In this document: in pieces, positions 43,304-59,661 of the stretch | How the letters are laid out: every line of letters starts with the position of its first letter | Numbering within the stretch: position 1 is the stretch's first letter | Source: the human T2T-CHM13v2.0 reference genome, Homo sapiens | Reading direction: 5' to 3' (one strand) | DNA length: 64,000 bases | NCBI RefSeq assembly: GCF_009914755.1 | Contig: NC_060927.1 | Program-made: the position numbers and the translations under genes | Notes under the pieces: generated by a model | The model's input: only the letters and a program-made list of their open reading frames with translations | What the model was told of the DNA's origin: nothing | Database searches by the model: none

Positions 43304-45142
43304 CTAATAACCAAATGCCAAGAATAAAGAAAAGAACATTGTTGCAAATCCTGAAGGTAATAAAATGATGAGACTTTGTGAATACATTTTTATGCCAATA
43401 TATCTGAAAATTTCTATGAAATAAAAAATTATGAAAATATAACTTACCATATCAGAAACAAGAATATAAAATATTAAAGCTATTAGAACTATTAAACTAC
43501 TAGAAAAACTAAAAATACTATTAAAAATATTTTCACAAAGGAAAATCTAGATCCAAATGTCTTCACCAGCAAATTCTACTAGAAATTTCAAACCAGAGAA
43601 GAGAAAAAGGGGAAACATTTTATAAATTGCTTTGTGAGGCAGGAATAAACTTGATACCAAAACCCAATAAAGACATTATGAGAAAGGAAATATCACTCAA
43701 GAAAATAAATGGAAAAATTCTGAGCAAAATATTAGCCAACTAAATCCAGAGATATATCACACCAAATAAAATTTATTCCAAAAAGTATAAGTTAAGTGTA
43801 AGTTGGTTTAATATCTGGAAATCATCATATTAGTAGAATTAAGTTCTTTAAAAAGCATATAAATGTCTTAAAAGATGAAGGGAAAAAATTGATAAAATTT
43901 AATATACATTCACAATATTTTTATATCCTCAGGAAGTAGGAATAGAAGCAAACTTTCTTGATCTGAAAAAGGATATATATGAGAAATACACAACAAGTGG
44001 CATACTTAGTGATGAAATGTTAAACTTTTTCCCCTTTGAGATCAGGAATCAGTCAAGGGTGCTCGCCATCCCCACTATTTGCCATTTTATAAGAGTTGCT
44101 AGTCAGGCAAGGCAAGAAAAAGAAATAAAAGATATGAAGAGTAGAAAACTACTCCTAAAACTGGAATTATTTGTAGGTTATATGATAATGTACAGCTAAA
44201 ATTCAAAAGATTCTTAACATAATTTATGTCATATTCTTAGAATTAATACAAGGTCAATATACAAAAATCAACTGAACTTCTATATATCAGTAAGAAACCA
44301 AAAATAAATTGTTTTAAAAGATGCCACTTATGCTTGTATCAATATATATTAAGTACTTAGGAATAAAACTAAAGAAAATCAAAGTAAATTAATGTTCATG
44401 ACTTATAGGACTCAATATTATAAAGATGTAAATTATTTCTAATTAATGTATAGTTTCAATGGAATCCTAATCAAAAATTCTAGCAGGATTTTTTTTTTAG
44501 AAATTAACAAGCTGATCCAAATATTATATGAAAGAATAAACGACCAGACATAGCCAAGTCAATCTTGAAAAAGAAGAGCAAAGTAGGAGAATTTGCTCTA
44601 CCAGACATCAAGACCCATTATAAAACTACAATACTTAAGAAAACATAATGTTGAGGCAAGAATAATCAAATAGATCACTGGAGCAGAAAGGGGAGCCCAG
44701 AAACACACCCACATATATTCAGATACTTGATTTATTTTTTTAAAAAAAGATTACACTTCAGAACACAGTGTAGGAAATTATTTTTAACAAATATTGCTAA
44801 AACTATTGGTTATTCATATGAGGAAAAGAGTAAACTTGATACCTGCCTTACACCACATTAAAAAGTCAATTGAAGGTGGAATTGTACATCTAAAAGTGAA
44901 AGGTAAAACAACAAAACTTCTGCAAGATAACATAGGAGAATATATAATCTCAGGGTAAGAAACAACTTTTAACTAAGATACCAAAAAACCTAACCATAAA
45001 GGAAAGCACTGACATATTAGAATGCATGAAAATATATATGGAATGCATTTTATGTATGTAGAAAATACATATGTAAGTGCTATCGCTTGAATATTTGTCC
45101 CCTCCAAAACTCATGTTGAAATTTAATCCCCAATGTGGCAGT

Positions 45143-45676
45143 TGTAGGGAAGTTTAAGTTTTCCCCGAAGATTCGATAATTTGAGTCTATAGAACAAACT
45201 TACAATAGAAAGAGTAACAGAAAAAATGGCATACAAATTTTATTATGTGCACATGTGTGCACAGGAGTCATAAAAAATATAAACACTCAAAGAAAGGCAA
45301 GATGGTTGAAGTTTTTGTACTGTCTTGGGGTTACAGAAAGAATAGGGGCTTGGATGGTGGCAAAGACAGGTCGTGGGAGACAGAGAAGAGGAAAGACCTG
45401 GGGAAAAGGCAGTCTTGTTATGCAGGAGAAACCTCACAGGTAGCAGCCCTCAGAAAGAACAAATGAGTGGCAAATCCAGACAAGGGGACAAATATTCAAG
45501 TGATAGCACTTACATATGTATTGTTTAATTCACTTTATTTCCTCTGTAGATGCACATCTCCCCACAAAAGACAGCTTTGTAGGGCTACTTCTGTCTGCAG
45601 GCCCTCTGAACTGAACAGGCATCTCAAAATATGTCAAAGAAGTATATTTTGGGGTAAACCATTTTGGTTTCCTTCA
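45143..45676 (-). mobile_element. MER34-like ERV1 LTR
   Basis: TG...CA ends, CAAAATATGTCAAAGAAGTATATTTTGGGGTAAA end motif, 4-bp flanks CAGT/CAAT. Confidence 0.75.
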
Positions 45677-45826
45677 CAATTGAGAGATGAGGCCTTTAAG
45701 AAATGATTGGTTCATGAGAGCAGTGCCCTCATGAATGGATTAATTTATTCATGGACTAATGGATGAATAGATTAATGGGCTAATGGGTTAATGAGTTATC
45801 ATTGGAGTGGGACTGGTGGCTTTCTA

Positions 45827-45892
45827 TTAGGTCGATGCAAAAGTAATTGCGGTTTTTGCCATTGAACTGCAACTACTTTTGCACCTACCTAA
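45827..45892. mobile_element. MADE1 (Hsmar1-derived MITE), internally shortened
   Basis: TA + TTAGGTCGATGCAAAAGTAATTGCGGTTTTTGCCATT...GCAACTACTTTTGCACCTACCTAA inverted repeats. Confidence 0.9.
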
Positions 45893-47337
45893 ATAAGAAG
45901 AGGAAGAGAGACCTGAACTAGCATGCTCAGCCCCCTTGCCATGTGATGCCCTGCGCTACCTCAGGACTCTGCAGAGTCCCCTCCAGCAAGAAAACCCTCA
46001 CCAGATGTGGCCCCTCGACCCTGGACTTCTCAGCTTCCATAACTGTGAGAAATAATTTTCTACACTTTATAAATTACCCAGTTTCAGGTGCTCTGTTATG
46101 AGCAACAGAAAATGGAGTAATGCAATATGAGATAATATTGGACTTTAAAAGTAAATTACATTTAAGAAAAGTTAAAATTAGGAAAGTCTATATATCAAAG
46201 ACCCCATTAAGAAAGTTAAAAGGTAAGCCACAGAATGGAAGAAAATATTAGTACCATATATAACAGACAAAATGTTTATATGCAGTCTATTTTTAAAACT
46301 CCTACATATCAATTAGAAAAAGAAAACAGAAAAATAAGCAGAAGACTTCAACAAGCACTTCACAAAAGAGGATATACAAATGGTCATTGAACACATAAAA
46401 AGGTTCTCAGTCTCACTAGTAATTATGGGAATGCAAATTCAAGCCACGATGAGATATCTTTACACACTCATGAGAATGGGCTAAAATTAAAATATCTGAC
46501 AATACAAGATGTTGGTAACAATGTAGAGGAACAGGAGTTCTCACATACTACTGATAAACATGTAAACTGGCACAACTATTTTGGAAACCAGTTTTGCGTT
46601 ATGTTCTAAAGTTAAGATATGCATGCCTCATAACTCAGCAATTCCACTCCTAGATTTTTTCCCAAGAGAAATGTGTGCACAGGTACAAAATAGTCCCAGG
46701 CAGCATGCACACCTCATTTGAGACAAGTGAAAAATGGTCATAGCCACATTGTTCATAATAGCCCCAAACTTGAAACGAACCACACATCCACAAACAGAAA
46801 AATAGAAACATAAATTGTGTTATATTTACCCAGTGAAATACCAAACAGCAATGAAAACAAGCAAATTGCAACTACACACAACAACATGGGTGAATCTCAC
46901 GAACAAAATATTAAAAGACGCAAGTAAAAAAAAAGACAAACTATATAATTCCAACCTGTATTTTTTAAATAGGCAAAACTAAACAATTATGTTTTAGGAA
47001 TGCATGCTTAGTATAGTGATAAAACAATAAAGAAGGGAGGAACTGATTACCATACAAGTCAGGAGAGTGGTCATGTTGCGGGAGGAGGGAGGTGTGAAGG
47101 ATTAGGAGGAACACAATAGGAACCTCCTGCAGTGTTCGATTTTGTGACCTGGTTGGTGGCTTCATGGGAATTTGCCTGGCAGTAATTCACTAAGCTGCAC
47201 ATTTCTGTTTGGTGCAATTTGTGAGCTCATGATTTACAATGGAAACATCATTTTAACCACCCTGTTTCTTTGGCTTCAATATATTCATAGTCACATAGAT
47301 TCTAACCCTTACACTCTTACTCTTTGGCAGCGCAACC

Positions 47338-47805
47338 TGAGGTAGGAGGCGAGGCTCAACTCCAGAGGTGGGGTTCAGACTCCAGACCAGATTGAGGACT
47401 AGCTGAAACAGGAGAGAGGCAAAAGCACCCTTCCATAAGACACGCCTACCAGTGCCATATCAGTCTACAATTGCATGGCAGTACCCAGAAGTTGCCACCC
47501 CTTTCCATGGCAATGACCCAGAAGTTACCACCCTTTTTCTAGAAAATTCTGAATAACCCACCCCTTAATTTGCATGTAATTAAACATGGGTATAAATATG
47601 ACTGCAGAATTGCCCCTGAGCTGCTGCTCTCCATACACTGCCTAGGGGCAGCCCTGCTCTTCAGGAGCAGTCACAGAGCTCTAATACTGCCACCTCAGTA
47701 AAGCTGTTTTCTTCTCCCACTGGCTCACTCTTGAATTCTCTCCAAGCAAAGCCAGGAAACTTCTCAGGCTAAGACCCAATTCTAGGGCTTACCTGCCTTA
47801 CATCA
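47338..47805 (+). mobile_element. ERV1 (MER4-group, MER66-like) solo LTR
   Basis: TGAGGTAGGAGGCG...TATAAATA...CCTGCCTTACATCA; 4-bp flanks AACC/AGCC. Confidence 0.75.
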
Positions 47806-47896
47806 AGCCTACACTTGCTAAAAGTTTTTCACGAACATTAAAGTACCCTGAGAGCAGGTGACTATTATTCCCCTTTTTAGTTAAAGAAACTCATCA

Positions 47897-48192
<296 letters not shown>

Positions 48193-48571
48193 GAAACTGA
48201 TCATGAGGGCCAGGCACAGGGGAAAGGGCCAGGACTATAACCAGGGGCAGAACAGAAACCAAAACGCTTCCTTTCATCTGATCTTCTCCTTTACACAATG
48301 GATAGTGTATAGTGTTCCAGGGAAATGTGCAAATCATGTTCTTGTAAATTGATTTCACCTGAAATACACTGGGGAGCCTGCCACGTAAAGAAAACCCCAG
48401 AGCAAATTCATTTATTAATTGATTCAGCAAATATTTATCAAGTTCCTATTGTATTCACAGAACTGAGAACCCCCTGAAGTCTAAAATTCTCTCTCATAAA
48501 GTGAATAAATCCTTCCTTAATTTATTGGTGTACAGGTCTACATTTTCAAATATTGATAATTCCTAAATGGT

Positions 48572-48770
48572 TTTTATTTTTTTTTCTTATTGCAAAAGCA
48601 GTACAAGTTCACTGTAAGCATTTAGAAAACAGGAGAGAAACAAAATAAAATCATGGGTATTCTGCCACCCAGAGATAACCATTGTTAACATTTTGGTATA
48701 TATCCTTCTAATAGTTTTTTTCTATGCATGTGTTCACTTTTTTTAACCAAAATAAAATCACACTGTACAT
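48572..48770 (-). mobile_element. L1ME/L1MC4-type 3' tail fragment
   Basis: CCACCCAGAGATAACCATTGTTAACATTTTGGTATAT. Confidence 0.65.
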
Positions 48771-48792
48771 CTTGGGTGTTTTGGGGGTTTTT

Positions 48793-48796
<4 letters not shown>

Positions 48797-48856
<60 letters not shown>

Positions 48857-48905
48857 TCACACATATATATATATGTATATATAAATATATATATTTAAAT
48901 ATATA
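48797..48905. repeat. (TA)n(CA)n(TA)n microsatellite at an Alu tail
   Basis: Direct inspection. Confidence 0.95.
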
Positions 48906-52392
<3,487 letters not shown>

Positions 52393-52930
52393 ACACAGTT
52401 GGATTCTACCCAGCAAAACAAAGAGAAGTATTCCAAATACAAGTCACCCCAGCTTCCCAGCTGGGTGGTAGAACCCCAAGTAGATGTCAGATGCCGATGG
52501 AGAATGCACTGCATGGGATGCTACAAGGACTGAGCGTCCCTTTCCTCAGGGACGTGCCTTGGAGGTGGCTGCATTGCTCACAGGCCCAGATGACCTCCAC
52601 TTCGCCATCACCTGAGCACAGCCCCAGGTCTGCACAAGGAAATACACGAGAAGAAGACTGCCATGTAAGAGAACACAGCAGCTTTCTCCAAATCACCTTT
52701 GAGAGTTCACCAAAATTTCCCTCCAGCCTCTAGGTAAGCTTAGTTCCTTGTTGTTGACTCAAGTCTCACTACCAGAATTTCAGCACATCCCACTTACAAG
52801 CCTATAATACAACCCATATTATATTTTATAAGAGAGTACACTACCAGCCCAGGTTGTTGGCAAGACCTCAATATTTTCCCAGAGCAGTAGAGTCAGTAAG
52901 TTACCCCTATCAAAAGCAGCATATGTTCAG

Positions 52931-53190
52931 AAAGTGACTGTCAGGAGTAGTGCTGTTCTTGTCCTCTCAGAAGGAATGGCATGAGGTGGTGGCGGGCAAG
53001 TGGGGACAGCCCAAGAGCAGTGCATGGGGGAGACAGAAGATGACTGATGGTCAGATGCCAGCCATATCTACCATGACCACTGGGACCTCCGGGCACTTGG
53101 CCTCCCAGATATCAACAAACCAGGACTAAGTCAACACCATCAGAGCGTGAACTTATACCACCTGGGAAAAGAAGGAGAAGCCAAGGGGAT
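52931..53190 (+). pseudogene. Decayed KRAB-A/KRAB-B-like coding relic
   Basis: After acceptor-like TATGTTCAG: VTVRSSAVLV/SQKEW (cf. VTFRDVAVDFSQEEW); IYHD..L-TSGHLAS at 53066-53105 (cf. LYRDVMLETYGHLAS); YQ-KP at 53110-53122; L-EKKEKP at 53162-53183 (cf. LEQGEEPW); frameshifts needed. Confidence 0.45.
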
Positions 53191-53695
53191 GGCCAAGTTT
53201 CAAGAACTTGACCTAACATCTGGGTCCCAGGAATTATCACTGGGGGAGGGAAGAAGCCATCACAGAGAACTTCATGCCTTAGGGTGAATATTCAGGAGAA
53301 CAAAGCACATGTTAAGACGAAAGAACAGGTGACTCAGCTACCTTAGACACCATCATGACTGCAGTCACACCCCCAGTGGGTTACAGGTTCATCTGTCTTT
53401 TTGCTGTAACATGAGCTATTCTATCTTATTCTTATAGCACCAAGAACTTCCTAGGAAAAGTCAAATGATGGTTTTTATGGAACAAAATAATTCTTATAGT
53501 AAAGACAAAGTTGCCGATTGTGTCAGATGCAAAACGAAATACAAGCAAGGATGAAAATCATCTGAGCCAGTGAACAACTTACTCCTTCACCAACTTGCTT
53601 ACAGTTTATAGCAACTCTTTTAAAGAAAGTATCCAAAAAAATATGCTAGAAAGGCCCACCCAAAGCCTTGCCTTCAGACTGGTAATGAGACCTGG

Positions 53696-54345
53696 TTTTA
53701 TGACTCTTCCATTCTTTTTGGATACTCAGCATCTGAATCTTTTTTCTGTGTTTGAAGAAATTTCACCATAGAAGGGATGGGCATGTTTTTGAGATGCTGA
53801 CCTTGGACATAGACTCTCACCTTTTGAAACTTTGGGAGACCTTCTTTTTAAAGGGAGAGTCAGTTCAGTAATAAGGAAGTTGTACTGCATTAGCTCGCAC
53901 CCACATGTATATTTAAATGTGTGAAAGTTTGAAAAGAAAGTGCATGCTGTCTATTTGTTCGTTTGTTTTGCTGCTTAGCAAATAAATCACCCTCTTATGA
54001 GTGGCAAGTCACCACCCCATGGGTTTTGGTTGGGAGGCAGAGCCCGCTCACTGCTTTGGAAGCAGCTGAGGACCCTGGGATCTCACTTGGTGACCTCCCT
54101 CCAGCAAGGGCACATGATCCAGGCTTTGCCAGACCCACATGCACAGATTGGGGGCCAAGGCACAGTCCCAGGTTCCACAGCAGGATTCTGGGAGTGATGT
54201 CCAAAGGTTTGGCCCTGAAAATGAAAATGATTATGTAGATTTTTTTGTAAATCTCTGAGGTACCCAGTATCCTTTTAACAAGTTCTATTTCTGAGCATAT
54301 CTGCTGAAGTTGGTTCCTGAGCTTTCGAACTAAGAAGCCAGATTG
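53696..54345 (+). mobile_element. Old LTR (LTR78/79- or MLT1-late-like)
   Basis: TTTTTGGATACTCAGCATCTGAA start motif; 3' end ATCCTTTTAACAAGTTCTATTTCTG...AGTTGGTTCCTG...AACTAAGAA. Confidence 0.55.
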
Positions 54346-54401
54346 CTGGAGTATGAAAATAGTAACATGCTATGCAGTGATGAAATCACCCAGTCTTCTA
54401 A

Positions 54402-54785
<384 letters not shown>

Positions 54786-55477
54786 GAAATTTATATTTTC
54801 TAAAGATGTAGGTATGAATGTGTCACCTATGCCAAATAAGATATATGGACTGGATGATAATGATTTGAAGCAAAATTGTTATCAAATTTCAAAATGCTAA
54901 CAAGACTTTTGAAAACAGCCCCATTAAGCTGATGTTCTTCCCTTCTCAATGAAATCTCTCAGAAATAGCAAGAAAATCAAACTTCTCCTTGCTCAGAGCT
55001 ATGATTTAGCTGAAACGCCAAACCAAAAAATAGGTGAAGTATAAAAAGCAGAAAAATTTAGCAGGAGTGTAGGCGAAAACATAAAGTGCCCATGGCTATG
55101 GGGACCAGAAAGAGTTGACAAGGTACGTGTATCCAAGACAGAACCAAAAGCCTTAACCGTAAGACCAAATCCCTTTTGAATGTAGAAAGAAATGCATTAT
55201 CTTCCTTGTACTTAGTTTGTGTCTGACAAACAGTGGGTTGGCCAATCTCAAAGGAAGGGAAAACACATTTGCAGCAAGCACCCCAGGCCATATGGCTGGA
55301 TGGGAAAGACCAGAACCTCAGGTGGCTGCTCTGCCAGGTGGAAGGAGTTGGCTCTGAGGGCTCCACACACATCGATGACAGCAGTCCTGGGTGCGACACT
55401 GGCTCTCCACCATCGAACCTCCAACAATCACTACTCCATGGAAAATGGCCTTACACAGAGATAAGTAATCAAAAATA

Positions 55478-56551
<1,074 letters not shown>

Positions 56552-56889
56552 CAGTTGGGTACTAGATAAGGTACTAAAGTTATCTCATATTTTAGTTATT
56601 TTAATACAGGTATTGAAATAGCTAAAAAATGAAAAATGTCACAGAAAACAAATGGCAGATACGTATCATTCATTAGAAAATATATCACTCCTGAGCAACA
56701 GAATATAGATACCAAATTTTACTTTATAAATTACTAAAGTGTAATGAAGTCCCTGCCAGTATAAAACAAGAGTAGAAAGTAGATACAAGAGCTCAACACA
56801 AATAGAGATAGAGGAGATAACCCACGAGCTAGCAGGAGCCAGAAAAGTGTGTACATACCAACATGAAGATAGTAGTACAAAAGTAGTAC

Positions 56890-58105
56890 AAAAGACTTCA
56901 CATATCATGCACGTAGACTTTCTTCCACACAAATTCTCTGGCATCCACTGAGGGGTATACCACAGCTCCACACTTGCCCACAGACTCTGCATGCAATATT
57001 TTCCCTCCCTAAGAACTGTCTCATGCATATGTGTACTGTGGCTGCCAAATTGAACACTGTCTGTAAAATCCACAGGGTTTGTCTTCTATTTGAGTTCTTT
57101 TAGGCAAATAAAGTGAATGCTCTGAGAGGTTTCTCACTCTCATTATTTCTACATGGCTTCTCACTCTTTACTTTTCTGATAACTGTTTAAGTTATGCTCC
57201 AATCTGTGAACACATTGAGTATGTGAGTAGGAAGACAAGACACACAAAACTCTTTTCCTCCACCTCACTGTCTTCCCAGCTCTCTGGTGAGTTGGCGCTT
57301 CTGTCTGGATGAATGCCATTTCCTTCATGTGTGTCTCTTGGTTTGCCTTGCTCTTCTCCAACTGATCCTTACATCGACAACTTCTCCACATGGAGATAGA
57401 AAAGCCCATCCCTGACAGCCTCTCTAGCTTCACTCCACGGGATGGATCTTCATCAGAAAAGTCTTACATTGAGTCTCAAAGAGATAATTGCACACCCATG
57501 TTCACAGCAGCAATCTTCACAACAGCAAAAAGATGGAAGCAATCCAAGTGTCCATTGTCAGAGGAATGGATTAACAAAATATAGTATATGAACACAACAG
57601 AATGTTAAATATTCAGCCTTAAAAGGGATGGAAACTCTGACACATGCTACAACATGGATGAACCCTGAAAACTGTGCTAAGTGAATAAACCAGTCACTGA
57701 AGGGCAAACACTATATATGATTCCACTTATATGAGGTCCTTAGAGTGGTCAGATTCAGAAAGTAAAATGGTGGTTGCTAGGGGGACTGGTGGGAGGAGAA
57801 ATGGGAGTTAGTGTTTAATAGGTACAGAGTCTCAGTTTGGGAAGAGAAAAAAGTTCTGGAGACGGATGGTGATGATGGTTGCACACTGAGTTTTACACTT
57901 AACAATGGTCAAAATGAAAAATTTTGTTATGTGCATTTTACTACAACTGAAAAGTTTTTGAATTTTTAAAAAATGCCTTATGTTGAAGTTGATTTTCCTC
58001 ATGCAGGCAAGGCTCCAAATCTGTTGCCTTGAAAACATTATTTGATTCTTCATGGTTTATCCTCTTGACCCAACTAAGAGATGGTATTTGGCTTGGGAAT
58101 ACCCT
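56890..58105 (-). pseudogene. KRAB zinc-finger pseudogene (KRAB-B, linker, decayed C2H2 fingers), apparently intronless
   Basis: GIPKPNTIS*LGQEDKP* (58103-58050) runs into DLE..KSTST*DFSDEDPSRGVKLERL...CKDQLEKSKANQETHMKEMAF; EKPC, DKPCG, ACRVCGQ (56994-56974), QRI..CMICE (56911-56897). Confidence 0.75.
57473..57968 (+). mobile_element. L1MB 3' end inserted in the ZNF pseudogene
   Basis: L1MB 3' motifs; TSD-like AAAAGTCTTACATTGA (57457-57472) / AAAATGCCTTATGTTGA (57970-57986). Confidence 0.85.
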
Positions 58106-58399
58106 GGGATGGGATGGCCAGTGCAGCAATGACTACCCCAATCTGACAAGCTCTCCAGGAAGGGCTATCCGTGAGTCACACAATTAGGTGGTGTCAGGAG
58201 ACAACCTGGGCTTCCCAGGCCCGCAGCTCTGGACTGTGCTTCTCCCCAAGATGTACACTCAGACGTGCGTTCATGTGCACAGAAACTTCTGGTCGCGCTC
58301 TCTAGGAACCCTGGGCAGTGTTCTGCTGAGTCTTGACACCCTCCCCTGGATGCAGAGGGTGCTGAGGACTGAAGGTGTTGGTAGGAGGGCCCTGAGCAG

Positions 58400-59050
58400 C
58401 ACTATACATCTGTTTCATAATCTGTTGCTTTTCTGCTTAATATTCTATTGTAACTATCGTTCTGCACCTCTAAGTAGTCTTCTATAACATTTCTTAAAGG
58501 TTGCATAGCACTCCCTTGTATGAATGCAAAATAGATGATTTAATCAATTCTTTTTTTTTTTTTTTTCAGATTGTGGTTGTTTCAAAGTTTTTGTATTATA
58601 ATTGCCCCTACAGGGAACACACTTGGAGCTGAATCTTTACTCACTTAATTATTACCTTGGAATAAATTACTACAACTAGAATTGTTGGTTCAAAAGGTAT
58701 GTGCATTTTAAAGGCTTTTGATACAGATTGCAAATTGCCTTCTCAGAAATGTTCCATGAATGTGCACTCAGACCAGCAGGGTGTTCGAGTCCCCATTCCC
58801 TACACCCCCCGCCAACACTGGGTCCTATCTCTTTTGTGCCTCATCTCTTGCCAATTGCACTAGTTGTTGTTGTTTTTCTTTAAGTATCTTATTGTTGTTT
58901 GCATTTGCATTTCTATGATCGCTGGTAATGTTGGGCACTTGTCATAGATTTATTAGCCACTTGCGGTTCCAAGTCTTTTGTCTGCATCCTTTGTCCTTTC
59001 TCCCCATAGAGGCTCCCAGCTTCTCCTTAATGACTGATAAAAGCTCTGAG
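58400..59050 (-). mobile_element. L1ME4-like 3' region
   Basis: GGTTGTTTCAAAGTTTTTG, TCAAAAGGTATGTGCATTTTAAAGGCTTTTGATACAGATTGC, CCAACACTGGG. Confidence 0.7.
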
Positions 59051-59069
59051 TGTACCTGTTTTCCTGAGC

Positions 59070-59300
59070 GGGGCCCAGCTGCGCTCGGCACCCTCTCTGG
59101 TTGCTATGCAGATGTGCCAGTGGCAGGCCCAGTCGCCATGGCCACAGATGCCCGGGTCTCAGCGAGGAGCAGCGTGGGGAGAGGTTGCCATGGCAATGCT
59201 ACCCAAGCAGGGCCTGGCTCCCCTCCCACTCTGCAGAGGCTGGGCTGTGGGGCTGCGCACCCAGGCAGAGGCTTCTCAAGCTGCAGAAAAGGAGGTGAGC
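59070..59300. promoter_or_regulatory. CpG-containing element with RFX X-box motifs
   Basis: GTTGCCATGGCAAT (59184-59197), GTCGCCATGGCCAC (59132-59145), half-site GTTGCTATG (59100); donor-like GAG|GTGAGC at 59294. Confidence 0.55.
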
Positions 59301-59661
59301 AGAAGTTTGAATATTTCATCCCTGAATGTGGAGACGCATGATAAGATTAAAAGACAAAGCCGCTCATCGCAAAACTGAAAAGTTATGTCCCATGGCCAGA
59401 CCAGACAATGCGCTAAATGAACATTTTTGTTAATAATATTGCAATTATCTTGTGATTTGTACAATTGTGGTGCATTATTTGTTTAAAGTACTAACTTATT
59501 AAAGTAACCACTTAAAATATAGATCAATTTCTTAAAACCATTGAGACATGCCTTTATTTTTTAGTATGCCAAGATCCTCCAAATAAATAAATACATGGGA
59601 AGTGCCAGGGCTTCCTGCTTTTCCCAGTCTTGGGGATGGTCTGGCACCCCATCTCGCAGAG

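Larger units (their letters stand above)
45078..46124 (+). mobile_element. MSTC-like MaLR solo LTR carrying two insertions
   Basis: TGCTATCGCTTGAATATTTGTCCCCTCCAAAACTCATGTTGAAA...TAATGG repeats...TATAAATTACCCAGTTTCAGG...GCAACAGAAAATGGA. Confidence 0.85.

Noticed and set aside
52491-52733. SCAN domain upstream of the KRAB relic
   Set aside because: Only RWL matches; LEQFL and other SCAN motifs are absent.
55219-55464. Resemblance to ERVL pol RNase H (SARWKEL, MENGL)
   Set aside because: Only isolated words match, and the spacing is incompatible with the nearby WGPE motif.
58110-58320. KRAB-A box for the minus-strand ZNF pseudogene
   Set aside because: No convincing VTF..EEW or LY..VMLE motif was found.
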